This document shows, piece by piece, positions 42,001-57,000 of a stretch of 64,000 bases of DNA. This stretch comes from Torpedo marmorata (taxonomy: Eukaryota), in NCBI GenBank assembly GCA_977017645.1, contig OZ360241.1, positions 34,162,001 to 34,226,000 of the forward strand, read 5' to 3'. The position numbers were made by a program, and so were the translations under genes. The notes beneath the pieces are model-generated. The model did not search any database. It was not told the DNA's origin and was given only the letters and a program-made list of their open reading frames with translations. Positions within the stretch are counted from its first letter, which is position 1. Every line of letters begins with the position of its first letter.

Positions 42001-45000
42001 AGTTTTTCCTATATTTCATAATTATCATGATCACCAATTCTGATGAAGGCTCCTTCACCAGAAGTGCTGTTTCTCTTCCCTCTGCTGCTGTCTGACCTGC
42101 GAACTAAAAGAGTGCAGCATTTTCTGTTTTAGTTTTCCAGGATCTACAGTTTTATGCTCCAACTAAAATGTTCTTGTTTGGCAGTGCTGCAAGCAGTCAC
42201 AAGACCAAAGTGCATGCAGTCTGTGCATTCAGCAATACTTCTGCTGCGGAGAATGTGGATAGAGTAATGGTGTATCATCAGATCAGTAACAAGACAAAGA
42301 ACATCAGTGTTTTGGGACCCTATACTCTGGACAACAACAGCCTCTATGTAAATGGTACGAAATACCTGGTCTTTTTTTGTATTATATCCTGGAAACCATA
42401 TTGTAACCTCAGATAATATATTAATGTGTTGAATCATTTTTACTCTTATATTTCCAAATGGAATTCTTGCATTAATCAGTGATCCTTAATTCCCGACTCC
42501 GTAACCAGCAAAAACATTTCCTATCCATTCCATGAGTCCTCCTACTGCCTTGATATGGCAATCAAATCAAACCTTGACCTTTTTGTTTGTGTAATCTCTA
42601 TCTATAAACTAACCCCAGAAGTCAGGTTTCATTCCAGTAAAAATGTGTTTTTTCCCAATCAAGGTGAATATAACCCTGAATATAACTTTTGCAAGGTGTA
42701 GTTAGTGTTTTCAAAAATCTCGGCATTGTCCAACCATGGATTTGCACAATAAAGCACAACTTCTATCCCCTGTGTTCTAGTTTTCTTCATATAAAAGTAT
42801 CACTGGCCTTACCTCTTATTATCTGTTCTTGCCCATAACATTTGAAGTAGGCCGAGGTATAAACAACAAAACAATACTGCTGCAGAGAAGGTGGATGGAG
42901 TTACCTTGTACCATCAGTTCAGTAGCAACACAGAGAACATCATGAAATATGGATCTTATATTCTGAATGAAAATAGTCTCGACGTAGATAGTACGAAATT
43001 TCTTATCATTCTACATATTACAGCAAAGCTTGTTCCAGAATATGTCCAGCAATGTGCCTTTCATTAAACTGTGTGCTGATTTGGTAGTGTTACCTTCCAA
43101 CTGAATCCCCTTGAATTCCACTTCCCCACTGGGAGTGCAGTGCTGCATTATTCGTGTGAAAGAAAGGGCTAGTGCAGGTTGGGAAACTTGACTTTTACAA
43201 GCAAACTGAATTAAAAACTACTGATGCCAGCTGAGAGCAACGTTCAGTATAAGCAAAGTTGCGAGAGTTTCCAATAAACAAGACTGGTACCCCGTTTACA
43301 CAGAGATCCCACTTAGTGGCATGTGAACGACCCATGTTTAAAGCCAGGTCGGGTCGTACACACTTAATGAAGGAAAGCTATTGACGAATTCATCAGACAC
43401 TTCATAAGGAATGTAAAAACAATTAAACCAGCTTGTCTGCTTTCTACTGTACAATATAAAAATGAACTTGTAACTGCTGAAATTTAGAGTTGGTGGTGGT
43501 TTAGGCCACTGCAGGCTCTCCATGATATCATTTTAATAAACTCGAGGAGCGAACCTCGATGTATATGTTTTTGAGTGAATTTGTGCAACAATTCATTTGA
43601 GCTTTTTAACATGTGCACAAAGTCTTCTTGGTTTGATAGAATTAGTGCACCAAATGTAGAAAGTGTTTGACATCAGATTCAGGACAGCTGTAATTAATGG
43701 CATAATGCTGTTGTCTTTTCAGATTATCATGAATCAACACCTACAACCAGTGAGTATGATTTGTGTTGCTTTCATGTATTAATGCTTCCATACTTTCATT
43801 TAAGCAGCACTCCTGATTGATGATGTATGTTGTTTCCCCTTATAGCTCCATGTGAATTGGATTTTGCTCTCTTGTGTGTCGAACAACCATTCAGTTAGAT
43901 TATAGTTTGAAAGTGCCAAACAAAGCCGCAATGCAACAAGGTTGCTAATTTCATTTTTCTTTTTGGCAGAAGTACCAAATAAAAGTGAATCTCCTGAATT
44001 TAATGTGACCTTCACTATAACAAACTTGCCCTACATGGAGTCACTTCAGAACCCGGCGACACCCTTGTTCCAATCAACTTCACAAACAATTACTGAACAG
44101 GTAAATAAATGATCAAAGCAATATTCATTAAAATTAATCGTCATTTAATATATTCAGCTCATTGACATTCTCAAAATATCTTTCTTTCAGCTCACTAACC
44201 TACTTAATAACAGCGATATAAATACAACTTTTATAGACTGCAACACAATCTCCTTCAGGTGAGAAATATGCATTATCTTCCTCATTGTTCAATTAACTAA
44301 TCTATCCAATAAGCGTCAGGATGGAGGGATCCATCATGTGTTCGGATCTGAAACGTTGACTGACCACATCTCTCCATGGATGCTGCCTGACCCATGGAGT
44401 CCCTCCAGCTCCTCTTTGTTCACTCAAGATTCTAGCATCTAAATATGGATTTGGGAATACTTTTATAAATTGGATTAAAACTATATATAAAGAACCTACA
44501 GCTAGAGTAATTACAAATGGTCAGATATCATCTAAATTCCCTTTGTTGATGTCAACAAGACAAGGATGTCCTTTATCACCTGCTTTATTTGTATTGGCAA
44601 TAGAACCGTTGGCTGAAGTGATTAGGAAAGATATTAATATAAATGGGATTAAAGTAGGTGCAGAAGAACATAAAATTAGTTTATTTGCAGATGATGTATT
44701 AATATATATGACGAAATCTATTGGATCGCTTCAACAATTAGCTAAGATATTGAGGGAGTATGGTGAGATATCTGGTTACAAAATAAATTCAGATAAGAGT
44801 GAAATAATGGCTTTATCTCAAGGAGATTATACTAAATGTAAAGAAGTTACAGGATTTAAATGGGCTAAAGAAGGAATTAAATATCTGGGAGTTAAAGTAG
44901 ATACAAAATTGGAAAATTTATATAAATTAAATTATGTACCTTTATTTCAGAAAATAAAGAAAGATTTGGAGAATTGGAAAGATTTACCTATTACCTTAAT

Positions 45001-48000
45001 GGGAAGAGTGAATTGTATTAAAATGAATATTTTTCCAAGAGTTCAATATCTTTTTCAATCTATTCCTTTTGGAATTCCTCAAAATTTTTTTAAAGTTTTA
45101 AAAACTATTATTAGAAAATTTCTATGGAAAGGAAAATTAGCAAGAGTAAGTATGGATAAATTAACTTGGGAATACGAGATGGGTGGATTACAACTCCCCA
45201 ATTTTCAATATTATTATAAGGCAGCTCAATTAAAGTTTATTAATGAATTTTTTGATTTAACTAAATCTACTGCTTGGATTAATATAGAATTGAATAATAT
45301 AGGGGAAAGATATAAAGAAGATATTATTTATAAATGGAATTCTAAATTATTATTAGTTAAAAAGAAAAAATCACCGATTATTAAACATTTATTGGAAATC
45401 TGGACTCAGTTAGACAATGAGATAGGACGAAAAGGGTCATTATCTCTGAATATGCCATTGTATCAGAATTTATTGTTACCTTTTTCTATTGATAATCAAT
45501 TTTTAAAACTATGGTTTCAAAAAGGAATTAAGAAGATTAAAGATTGTTTTGAGGCTGGAAGATTTGTTACATTTTCTAGGTTGAAAGAAAAATTTGGAAT
45601 AATGAATAATACAATTTTGGCTTACTATCAGGTTAGAGGATTTTTAGTTGAGAAATTGGGGAATCAATTAACAACTCCAAGACAGGATGGATTAGAATTA
45701 TTAATTACTAATGGAAATGTTAACAAATTTATATCACAAATGTATAAATTACTTCAGAGAAAAATGCCTAAGGTAGGATTACATAAATCAAGATTAAGTT
45801 GGGAATCAGATTTAAATATTAATATAGATGAAAAACATTGGAAAGAATTATGTAAATTGAGTATGACTAAAATTATTAATGTTAGATATAGATTAGTACA
45901 ATATAATTTTTTTCATCAATTATATTTAACACCTAAAAAATTTCAAGAAATTTAACCCGGCACTATCAGATATGTGTTTTAGATGTAAGGATGAAATAGG
46001 TTCTTTTGTACACTGTACATGGTCATGTTTAAAAATTCAAAATTTTTGGTCTAAAGTTAAAGATTTTTTGGATAGAATTTTTAATATTACGGTTATTTGG
46101 AGATATTAAAAAATTTAGTATTAGAAATAGATTGAATATGTATCAAATAGAATTTTTACGAATTGTCTTAGCGGTTTCAAAAAAATGTATTGCTATTACT
46201 TGGAAATCAGACCTAGATTTGAATTTAGATAGATTACATGCAGAATTACGTTCTTGTATACCATTGGAAAAAATTACATATAATTTACGGAATAATTATC
46301 ATTTCTTTTTGAAAATTTGGAGCCCATATATGAGAATTATGGGTATGAATTAATTCTCTAGAAGTTGGTACCGCTGGCAAAAATAACCTCCAATATATAA
46401 ATAGAATTAGCTTGTAATTTGTTTTCTCCTCACTTTAACTCTTTAATTCTTTATTATTCAATTCTTTCTTTTTTTTCTTTATAACTAACATTCTTTTTTT
46501 TTCTTCTTTTTTTTTTAGAATAGTGCTGGGGGGGTTGGGGAGGGGAGGGTGGGAGGGGGGGAGGTAATATATCACATGTATTTTGAATAAAATACTATTT
46601 TTGATTCATGTATTTTGTGATTTTAAAATTTAAATAAAATTATTTAAAAAAAAAAAAAAAAGATTCCAGCATCTGCAGTGTTTGTGCATCTCTTCATCGG
46701 GAATCTCATCCTTGTCTCGGTGTTTCCTTCTGTACAATTATTTTGTTTCATTTCATTTACTTTCTCCCATGTGTTTGACCTGACTTCTCTGAAATTTCAC
46801 TCCTCTCTTAAATGGTTGATTACTTCAGAATTAATTATCATTTCTGGATTTACTTTCCAATCTTTAATATAACTTTAAAATATTTCTCCATCTGCTTCCT
46901 TTACATATTTCCAAAAGTTCCTACATTAACAATTTTCATTAATAAATTCAAAATCGGATGCATGCCACATTAATATTTACTTTCCTGCCTCCAAGGGACA
47001 TTAAAAACTTCCAGCAAAGCATTTTTTTTTCATCAGACTCTGCCACTTACTCCAACTTTCTCTTTCAAATACCATACTTTTTATTATTGAATGTTATTTT
47101 TAATAGATTGCAAATTTCTAGTTATAATAAGGCTTTTATATTTATTTTTGACTTTTAAGTTAACATTTTAAATTTTGGTTTAAGTTAGCGTTTAAATTCA
47201 CTGGTACCATATCTCCATATCATTTATAAAGTGATCCAATTATATTAATTAGCATTACTGTAACAGCAAATTTAAATCAGGGCTCATGAAAAATAGAGAA
47301 CTCCAAATGTGATAAATCTGAAATAAAAATTGAGCATGTTTAAACAGTCAACAGATCAAGTAACACATGTGGAAAGAGAAAAGAAAGATCTTCCACCTGA
47401 CATGTAATGCGCAAAAGTGCTGGAGAAACTCAGCAGGTCACGCAGAATCCATGTGAAGTAAAGGGTAAACAATGTTTCAGGCCTGGGACCTTCATCAGGA
47501 ATCGTTGGTTACCCGTTTCTTTCTTTGGATGCTGTGTGGCCTGCTGAGTTTGCGTTCTGCACTCAATTCCAGCATCCGCAGATTTTCTTGTTTAGCCCCA
47601 ATCTTCCACCTGAAGCATTTTTCCACAGATGTTGCTGTGTTTCCAGCATTTTTGGTTTTATTATAAAACATGGCCATATTTGAGAAAAAAACCAGTGTAT
47701 CATAATGACATCTTTATTCCCACAGTCAGTAATGATCTATCCACTAAGCCATCAGATTTTGTGCATAAAATTGTCAATTATTTAAGTTATGAAAACCATC
47801 CTTAAATAAAATCAACCACCTATAAAGTGCATGAATGTAATTAGTTAAATAATTTTCATTTTAATATCCTCCAGTTTTTCCTATATTTCATAATTATCAT
47901 AATCACCAATTCTGATGAAGTCTCCTTCACCAGAAGTGCTGTTTCTCTTCCCTCTGCTGCTGTCTGACCTGCGAACTAAAAGAGCGCAGCATTTTCAGTT

Positions 48001-51000
48001 TTAGTTTTCCAGGATCTACAGTTTTATGCTCCAAATAAAATGTTCTTGTTTGGCAGTGCTACAAGCAGTCACAAGACCAAAGTGCATGCAGTCTGTACAT
48101 TCAACAATACTTCTGCTGTGGAGAATGTGGATAGAGTAATGGTGTATCATCAGATCAGTAACAAGACAAAGAACATCAGTGTTTTGGGACCCTATACTCT
48201 GGACAACAACAGCCTCCATGTAAATGGTACGAAATACCTGGTCTTTTTTTGCATTATATCCTGGAAACCATATTGTAACCTCAGATAATATATTAATGTG
48301 TTGAATCATTTTTACTCTTATATTTCCAAATGGAATTCTTGCATTAATCAGTGATCCTTAATTCCCGACTCCGTAACCAGCAAAAACATTTCCTATCCAT
48401 TCCATGAGTCCTCCTACTGCCTTGATATGGCAATCAAATCAAACCTTGACCTTTTTGTTTGTGTAATCTCTATCTATAAACTAACCCCAGAAGTCAGGTT
48501 TCATTCCAGTAAAAATGTGTTTTTTCCCAATCAAGGTGAATATAACCCTGAATATAACTTTTGCAAGGTGTAGTTAGTGTTTTCAAAAATCTCGGCATTG
48601 TCCAACCATGGATTTGCACAATAAAGCACAACTTCTATCCCCTGTGTTCTAGTTTTCTGCATATAAAAGTATCACTGGCCTTACCTCTTATTATCTGTTC
48701 TTGCCCATAACATTTGAAGTAGGCCGAGGTAGATGAACAACAAAACAATACTGCTGCAGAGAAGGTGGATGGAGTTACCTTGTACCATCAGTTCAGTAGC
48801 AACACAGAGAACATCATGAAATATGGATCTTATATTCTGAATGAAAATAGTCTCGACGTAGATAGTACGAAATTTCTTATCATTCTACATATTACAGCAA
48901 AGCTTGTTCCAGAATATGTCCAGCAATGTGCCTTTCATTAAACTGTGTGCTGATTTGGTAGTGTTACCTTCCAACTGAATCCCCTTGAATTCCACTTCCC
49001 CACTGGGAGTGCAGTGCTGCATTATTCGTGTGAAAGAAAGGGCTAGTGCAGGTTGGGAAACTTGACTTTTACAAGCAAACTGAATTAAAAACTACTGATG
49101 CCAGCTGAGAGCAACGTTCAGTATAAGCAAAGTTGCGAGAGTTTCCAATAAACAAGACTGGTACCCCGTTTACACAGAGATCCCACTTAGTTGCATGTGA
49201 ACGACCCATGTTTAAAGCCAGGTCGGGTCGTACACACTTAATGAAGGAAGCTGGGTCAGTGCGACCATTTACATAGCAACACGGCATCCGGAGCAAAAGG
49301 AGGTGGGACCTGCAGCATTACAGCGTCGGTGTCCTGTGTGATGTATAACGTACGCGCCGGGCTGTGACTTGTCGCGACCTCGTTACTGCCGTTTTAAGTT
49401 TGAATCTCTCGCTGGTATGTCGCACACATTCAACGTCATCAATGCGTCACAGCCTGTGAAATACATCGGCTCTGATACTACCTACCTTGGCGGGTAATAC
49501 ACGGGATGAAAATGACCCCCCCATCCCGCGTTTGTTGTGTTCACACAAGTAAGTGAAACGGTTAAAAGGCAGTTAATTCCCGTCTTTTAACGGCTGTGTA
49601 AAAGGGGTATCGGTCTTAAGGAAGAAGTGTCTACATTAATTCTGTAAGACTGTTGAACATGTGAGACCAGACTGATTGATCATGGGTCCTGATAAGACTG
49701 ATTACATTAATCTTGTTCAAACACTGTGAAGTATGGTGAAAGACTGATTGAGTTAACCCATTGAAAAATTCATCAGACACCTCCTATTGACGAATTCATC
49801 AGACACTTCATAAGGAATGTAAAAACAATTAAACCAGCTTGTCTGCTTTCTACTGTACAATATAAATATGAACTTGTAACTGCTGAAATTTAGAGTTGGT
49901 GGTGGTTTAGGCCACTGCAGGCTCTCCATGATATCATGTTAATAAACTCGAGGAGCGAACCACGATGTATATGTTTTTGAGTGAATTTGTGCAACATTTC
50001 ATTTGAGCTTTTTAACATGTGCACAAAGTCTTCTTGGTTTGATAGAATTAGTGCACCAAATGTAGAAAGTGTTTGACATCAGCTTCAGGACAGCTGTAAT
50101 TAATGGAATAATGCTGTTGTCTTTTCAGATTATCATGAATCAACACCTACAACCAGTGAGTATGATTTGTGTTGCTTTCATGTATTAATGCTTCCATACT
50201 TTCATTTAAGCAGCACTCCTGATTGATGATGTATGTTGTTTCCCCTTATAGCTCCATGTGAATTGGATTTTGCTCTCTTGTGTGTGGAACAACCATTCAG
50301 TTAGATTATAGTTTGAAAGTGCCAAACAAAGCAGCAATGCAACAATGTTGCTAATTTCATTTTTCTTTTTGGCAGAAGTACCAAATAAAAGTGAATATCC
50401 TGAATTTAATGTGACCTTCACTATAACAAACTTGCCCTACATGGAGTCACTTCATAACCCGGCGACACCCTTGTTCCAATCAACTTCACAAACAATTACT
50501 GAACAGGTAAATGATCAAAGCAATATTCATTAAAATTAATCGTCATTTAATATATTCAGCTCATTGACATTCTCAAAATATCTTTCTTTCAGCTCACTAA
50601 CCTACTTAATAACAGCGATATAAATACAACTTTTATAGACTGCAACACAATCTCCTTCAGGTGAGAAATATACATTATTTTCCTCATTGTTCAATTAACT
50701 AATCTATGCAATAAGCGTCAGGATGGAGGGATCCATCATGTGTTCGGAACTGAAACGTTGACTGACCACATCTCTCCATGGATGCTGCCTGACCCACGGA
50801 GTCCCTCCAGCTCCTCTTTGTTCACTCAAGATTCCAGCATCTGCAGTGTTTGTGCATCTCTTCATCAGGAATCTCATCCTTGTCTCGGTGTTTCCTTCTG
50901 TAAAATTATTTTGTTTCATTTCATTTACTTTCTCCCATGTGTTTGACCGGACTTCTCTAAAATTTCACTCCTCTCTTAAATGGTTGATTGCTTCAGAATT

Positions 51001-54000
51001 AATTATCATTTCTGGATTTACTTTCCAATCTTTAATATAACTTTAAAATATTTCTCCAACTGCTTCCTTTTCAAATTTCCAAATGTTCCTACATTAACAA
51101 TTTTCATTAATAAATTCAAAATCGGATGCATGCCACATTAATATTTACTTTCCTGCCTCCAAGGGACATTAAAAACTTCCAGCAAAGCAATTTTTTTTTC
51201 ATCAGACTCTGCCACTTACTCCAACTTTCTCTTTCAAATACCATACTTTTTATTATTGAATGTTATTTAATAGATTGCAAATTTTTTAGTGAAATTAAGC
51301 TTTTATTTTTATTTTTGACTTTTAAGTTAACATTTAAAACTTTGGTTTAAGTTAGCATTTAAATTCACTGGTACCATATCTCCATATCATTTATAAAGTA
51401 ATTCAATTATATTAATTAGCATTACTGTAACAGCAAAATTAAATCAGGGCTCATGAAAAATAGAGAACTCCAAATGTGAGAAATCTGAAATAAAAATTGA
51501 GCATGTTTAAACAGTCAACAGATCAAGTAACACATGTGGAAAGAGAAAAGAAAGATCTTCCACCTGACATGCAATGTGCAAAAGTGCTGGAGAAACTCAG
51601 CAGGTCACGCAGCATCCATAGGAAGTAAAGGGTAAACAATGTTTCAGACCTGGGCCCTTCATCAGGAATCGTTGGTTATCCGTTACTTTCTTTGGATGCT
51701 GTGTGGCCTGCTGAGTTTGCGTTCTGCACTCAATTCCAGCATCCGCAGATTTTCTTGTTTAGCACCAATCTTCCACCTGTAGCATTTTTCCACAGATGTT
51801 GCTGTGTTTCCAGCATTTTTGGTTTTATTATAAAACATGGCCATATTTAAGAATATAACCAGTGTATCATAATGACATCTTTATTCCCACAGTCAGTAAT
51901 GATCTATCCACTAAGCCATCAGATTTTGTGCATAAAATTGTCAAATATTTAAGTTATGAAAACCATCCTTAAATAAAATCAACCACCTATGAAGTGCATG
52001 AATGTAGTTAGTGAAATAATTTCCATTTCAATAACCTCCAGTTTTTCCTATATTTCATAATTATCATGATCACCAATTCTGATGAAGGCTCCTTCACCAG
52101 AAGTGCTGTTTCTCTTCCCTCTGCTGCTGTCTGACGTGCTAACTAAAAGAGTGCAGCATTTTCTGTTTTAGTTTTCCAGGATCTACAGTTTTATGCTCCA
52201 ACTAAAATGTTCTTGTTTGGCAGTGCTGCAAGCAGTCACAAGACCAAAGTGCATGCAGTCTGTGCATTCAGCAATACTTCTGCTGCGGAGAATGTGGATA
52301 GAGTAATGGTGTATCATCAGATCAGTAACAAGACAAAGAACATCAGTGTTTTGGGACCCTATACTCTGGACAACAACAGCCTCTATGTAAATGGTACGAA
52401 ATACCTGGTCTTTTTTTGTATTATATCCTGGAAACCATATTGTAACCTCAGATAATATATTAATGTGTTGAATCATTTTTACTCTTATATATCCAAATGG
52501 AATTCTTGCATTAATCAGTGATCCTTAATTCCCGACTCCGTAACCAGCAAAAACATTTCCTATCCATTCCATGAGTCCTCCTACTGCCTTGATATGGCAA
52601 TCAAATCAAACCTTGACCTTTTTGTTTGTGTAATCTCTATCTATAAACTAACCCCAGAAGTCAGGTTTCATTCCAGTAAAAATGTGTTTTTTCCCAATCA
52701 AGGTGAATATAACCCTGAATATAACTTTTGCAAGGTGTAGTTAGTGTTTTCAAAAATCTCGGCATTGTCCAACCATGGATTTGCACAATAAAGCACAACT
52801 TCTATCCCCTGTGTTCTAGTTTTCTTCATATAAAAGTATCACTGGCCTTACCTCTTATTATCTGTTCTTGCCCATAACATTTGAAGTAGGCCGAGGTATA
52901 AACAACAAAACAATACTGCTGCAGAGAAGGTGGATGGAGTTACCTTGTACCATCAGTTCAGTAGCAACACAGAGAACATCATGAAATATGGATCTTATAT
53001 TCTGAATGAAAATAGTCTCGACGTAGATAGTACGAAATTTCTTATCATTCTACATATTACAGCAAAGCTTGTTCCAGAATATGTCCAGCAATGTGCCTTT
53101 CATTAAACTGTGTGCTGATTTGGTAGTGTTACCTTCCAACTGAATCCCCTTGAATTCCACTTCCCCACTGGGAGTGCAGTGCTGCATTATTCGTGTGAAA
53201 GAAAGGGCTAGTGCAGGTTGGGAAACTTGACTTTTACAAGCAAACTGAATTAAAAACTACTGATGCCAGCTGAGAGCAACGTTCAGTATAAGCAAAGTTG
53301 CGAGAGTTTCCAATAAACAAGACTGGTACCCCGTTTACACAGAGATCCCACTTAGTGGCATGTGAACGACCCATGTTTAAAGCCAGGTCGGGTCGTACAC
53401 ACTTAATGAAGGAAAGCTATTGACGAATTCATCAGACACTTCATAAGGAATGTAAAAACAATTAAACCAGCTTGTCTGCTTTCTACTGTACAATATAAAA
53501 ATGAACTTGTAACTGCTGAAATTTAGAGTTGGTGGTGGTTTAGGCCACTGCAGGCTCTCCATGATATCATTTTAATAAACTCGAGGAGCGAACCTCGATG
53601 TATATGTTTTTGAGTGAATTTGTGCAACAATTCATTTGAGCTTTTTAACATGTGCACAAAGTCTTCTTGGTTTGATAGAATTAGTGCACCAAATGTAGAA
53701 AGTGTTTGACATCAGATTCAGGACAGCTGTAATTAATGGCATAATGCTGTTGTCTTTTCAGATTATCATGAATCAACACCTACAACCAGTGAGTATGATT
53801 TGTGTTGCTTTCATGTATTAATGCTTCCATACTTTCATTTAAGCAGCACTCCTGATTGATGATGTATGTTGTTTCCCCTTATAGCTCCATGTGAATTGGA
53901 TTTTGCTCTCTTGTGTGTCGAACAACCATTCAGTTAGATTATAGTTTGAAAGTGCCAAACAAAGCCGCAATGCAACAAGGTTGCTAATTTCATTTTTCTT

Positions 54001-57000
54001 TTTGGCAGAAGTACCAAATAAAAGTGAATCTCCTGAATTTAATGTGACCTTCACTATAACAAACTTGCCCTACATGGAGTCACTTCAGAACCCGGCGACA
54101 CCCTTGTTCCAATCAACTTCACAAACAATTACTGAACAGGTAAATAAATGATCAAAGCAATATTCATTAAAATTAATCGTCATTTAATATATTCAGCTCA
54201 TTGACATTCTCAAAATATCTTTCTTTCAGCTCACTAACCTACTTAATAACAGCGATATAAATACAACTTTTATAGACTGCAACACAATCTCCTTCAGGTG
54301 AGAAATATGCATTATCTTCCTCATTGTTCAATTAACTAATCTATCCAATAAGCGTCAGGATGGAGGGATCCATCATGTGTTCGGATCTGAAACGTTGACT
54401 GACCACATCTCTCCATGGATGCTGCCTGACCCATGGAGTCCCTCCAGCTCCTCTTTGTTCACTCAAGATTCTAGCATCTAAATATGGATTTGGGAATACT
54501 TTTATAAATTGGATTAAAACTATATATAAAGAACCTACAGCTAGAGTAATTACAAATGGTCAGATATCATCTAAATTCCCTTTGTTGAGGTCAACAAGAC
54601 AAGGATGTCCTTTATCACCTGCTTTATTTGTATTGGCAATAGAACCGTTGGCTGAAGTGATTAGGAAAGATATTAATATAAATGGGATTAAAGTAGGTGC
54701 AGAAGAACATAAAATTAGTTTATTTGCAGATGATGTATTAATATATATGACGAAATCTATTGGATCGCTTCAACAATTAGCTAAGATATTGAGGGAGTAT
54801 GGTGAGATATCTGGTTACAAAATAAATTCAGATAAGAGTGAAATAATGGCTTTATCTCAAGGAGATTATACTAAATGTAAAGAAGTTACAGGATTTAAAT
54901 GGGCTAAAGAAGGAATTAAATATCTGGGAGTTAAAGTAGATACAAAATTGGAAAATTTATATAAATTAAATTATGTACCTTTATTTCAGAAAATAAAGAA
55001 AGATTTGGAGAATTGGAAAGATTTACCTATTACCTTAATGGGAAGAGTGAATTGTATTAAAATGAATATTTTTCCAAGAGTTCAATATCTTTTTCAATCT
55101 ATTCCTTTTGGAATTCCTCAAAATTTTTTTAAAGTTTTAAAAACTATTATTAGAAAATTTCTATGGAAAGGAAAATTAGCAAGAGTAAGTATGGATAAAT
55201 TAACTTGGGAATACGAGATGGGTGGATTACAACTCCCCAATTTTCAATATTATTATAAGGCAGCTCAATTAAAGTTTATTAATGAATTTTTTGATTTAAC
55301 TAAATCTACTGCTTGGATTAATATAGAATTGAATAATATAGGGGAAAGATATAAAGAAGATATTATTTATAAATGGAATTCTAAATTATTATTAGTTAAA
55401 AAGAAAAAATCACCGATTATTAAACATTTATTGGAAATCTGGACTCAGTTAGACAATGAGATAGGACGAAAAGGGTCATTATCTCTGAATATGCCATTGT
55501 ATCAGAATTTATTGTTACCTTTTTCTATTGATAATCAATTTTTAAAACTATGGTTTCAAAAAGGAATTAAGAAGATTAAAGATTGTTTTGAGGCTGGAAG
55601 ATTTGTTACATTTTCTAGGTTGAAAGAAAAATTTGGAATAATGAATAATACAATTTTGGCTTACTATCAGGTTAGAGGATTTTTAGTTGAGAAATTGGGG
55701 AATCAATTAACAACTCCAAGACAGGATGGATTAGAATTATTAATTACTAATGGAAATGTTAACAAATTTATATCACAAATGTATAAATTACTTCAGAGAA
55801 AAATGCCTAAGGTAGGATTACATAAATCAAGATTAAGTTGGGAATCAGATTTAAATATTAATATAGATGAAAAACATTGGAAAGAATTATGTAAATTGAG
55901 TATGACTAAAATTATTAATGTTAGATATAGATTAGTACAATATAATTTTTTTCATCAATTATATTTAACACCTAAAAAATTTCAAGAAATTTAACCCGGC
56001 ACTATCAGATATGTGTTTTAGATGTAAGGATGAAATAGGTTCTTTTGTACACTGTACATGGTCATGTTTAAAAATTCAAAATTTTTGGTCTAAAGTTAAA
56101 GATTTTTTGGATAGAATTTTTAATATTACGGTTATTTGGAGATATTAAAAAATTTAGTATTAGAAATAGATTGAATATGTATCAAATAGAATTTTTACGA
56201 ATTGTCTTAGCGGTTTCAAAAAAATGTATCGCTATTACTTGGAAATCAGACCTAGATTTGAATTTAGATAGATTACATGCAGAATTACGTTCTTGTATAC
56301 CATTGGAAAAAATTACATATAATTTACGGAATAATTATCATTTCTTTTTGAAAATTTGGAGCCCATATATGAGAATTATGGGTATGAATTAATTCTCTAG
56401 AAGTTGGTACCGCTGGCAAAAATAACCTCCAATATATAAATAGAATTAGCTTGTAATTTGTTTTCTCCTCACTTTAACTCTTTAATTCTTTATTATTCAA
56501 TTCTTTCTTTTTTTTCTTTATAACTAACATTCTTTTTTTTTCTTCTTTTTTTTTTAGAATAGTGCTGGGGGGGTTGGGGAGGGGAGGGTGGGAGGGGGGG
56601 AGGTAATATATCACATGTATTTTGAATAATATACTATTTTTGATTCATGTATTTTGTGATTTTAAAATTTAAATAAAATTATTTAAAAAAAAAAAAAAAA
56701 AAGATTCCAGCATCTGCAGTGTTTGTGCATCTCTTCATCGGGAATCTCATCCTTGTCTCGGTGTTTCCTTCTGTACAATTATTTTGTTTCATTTCATTTA
56801 CTTTCTCCCATGTGTTTGACCTGACTTCTCTGAAATTTCACTCCTCTCTTAAATGGTTGATTACTTCAGAATTAATTATCATTTCTGGATTTACTTTCCA
56901 ATCTTTAATATAACTTTAAAATATTTCTCCATCTGCTTCCTTTACATATTTCCAAAAGTTCCTACATTAACAATTTTCATTAATAAATTCAAAATCGGAT

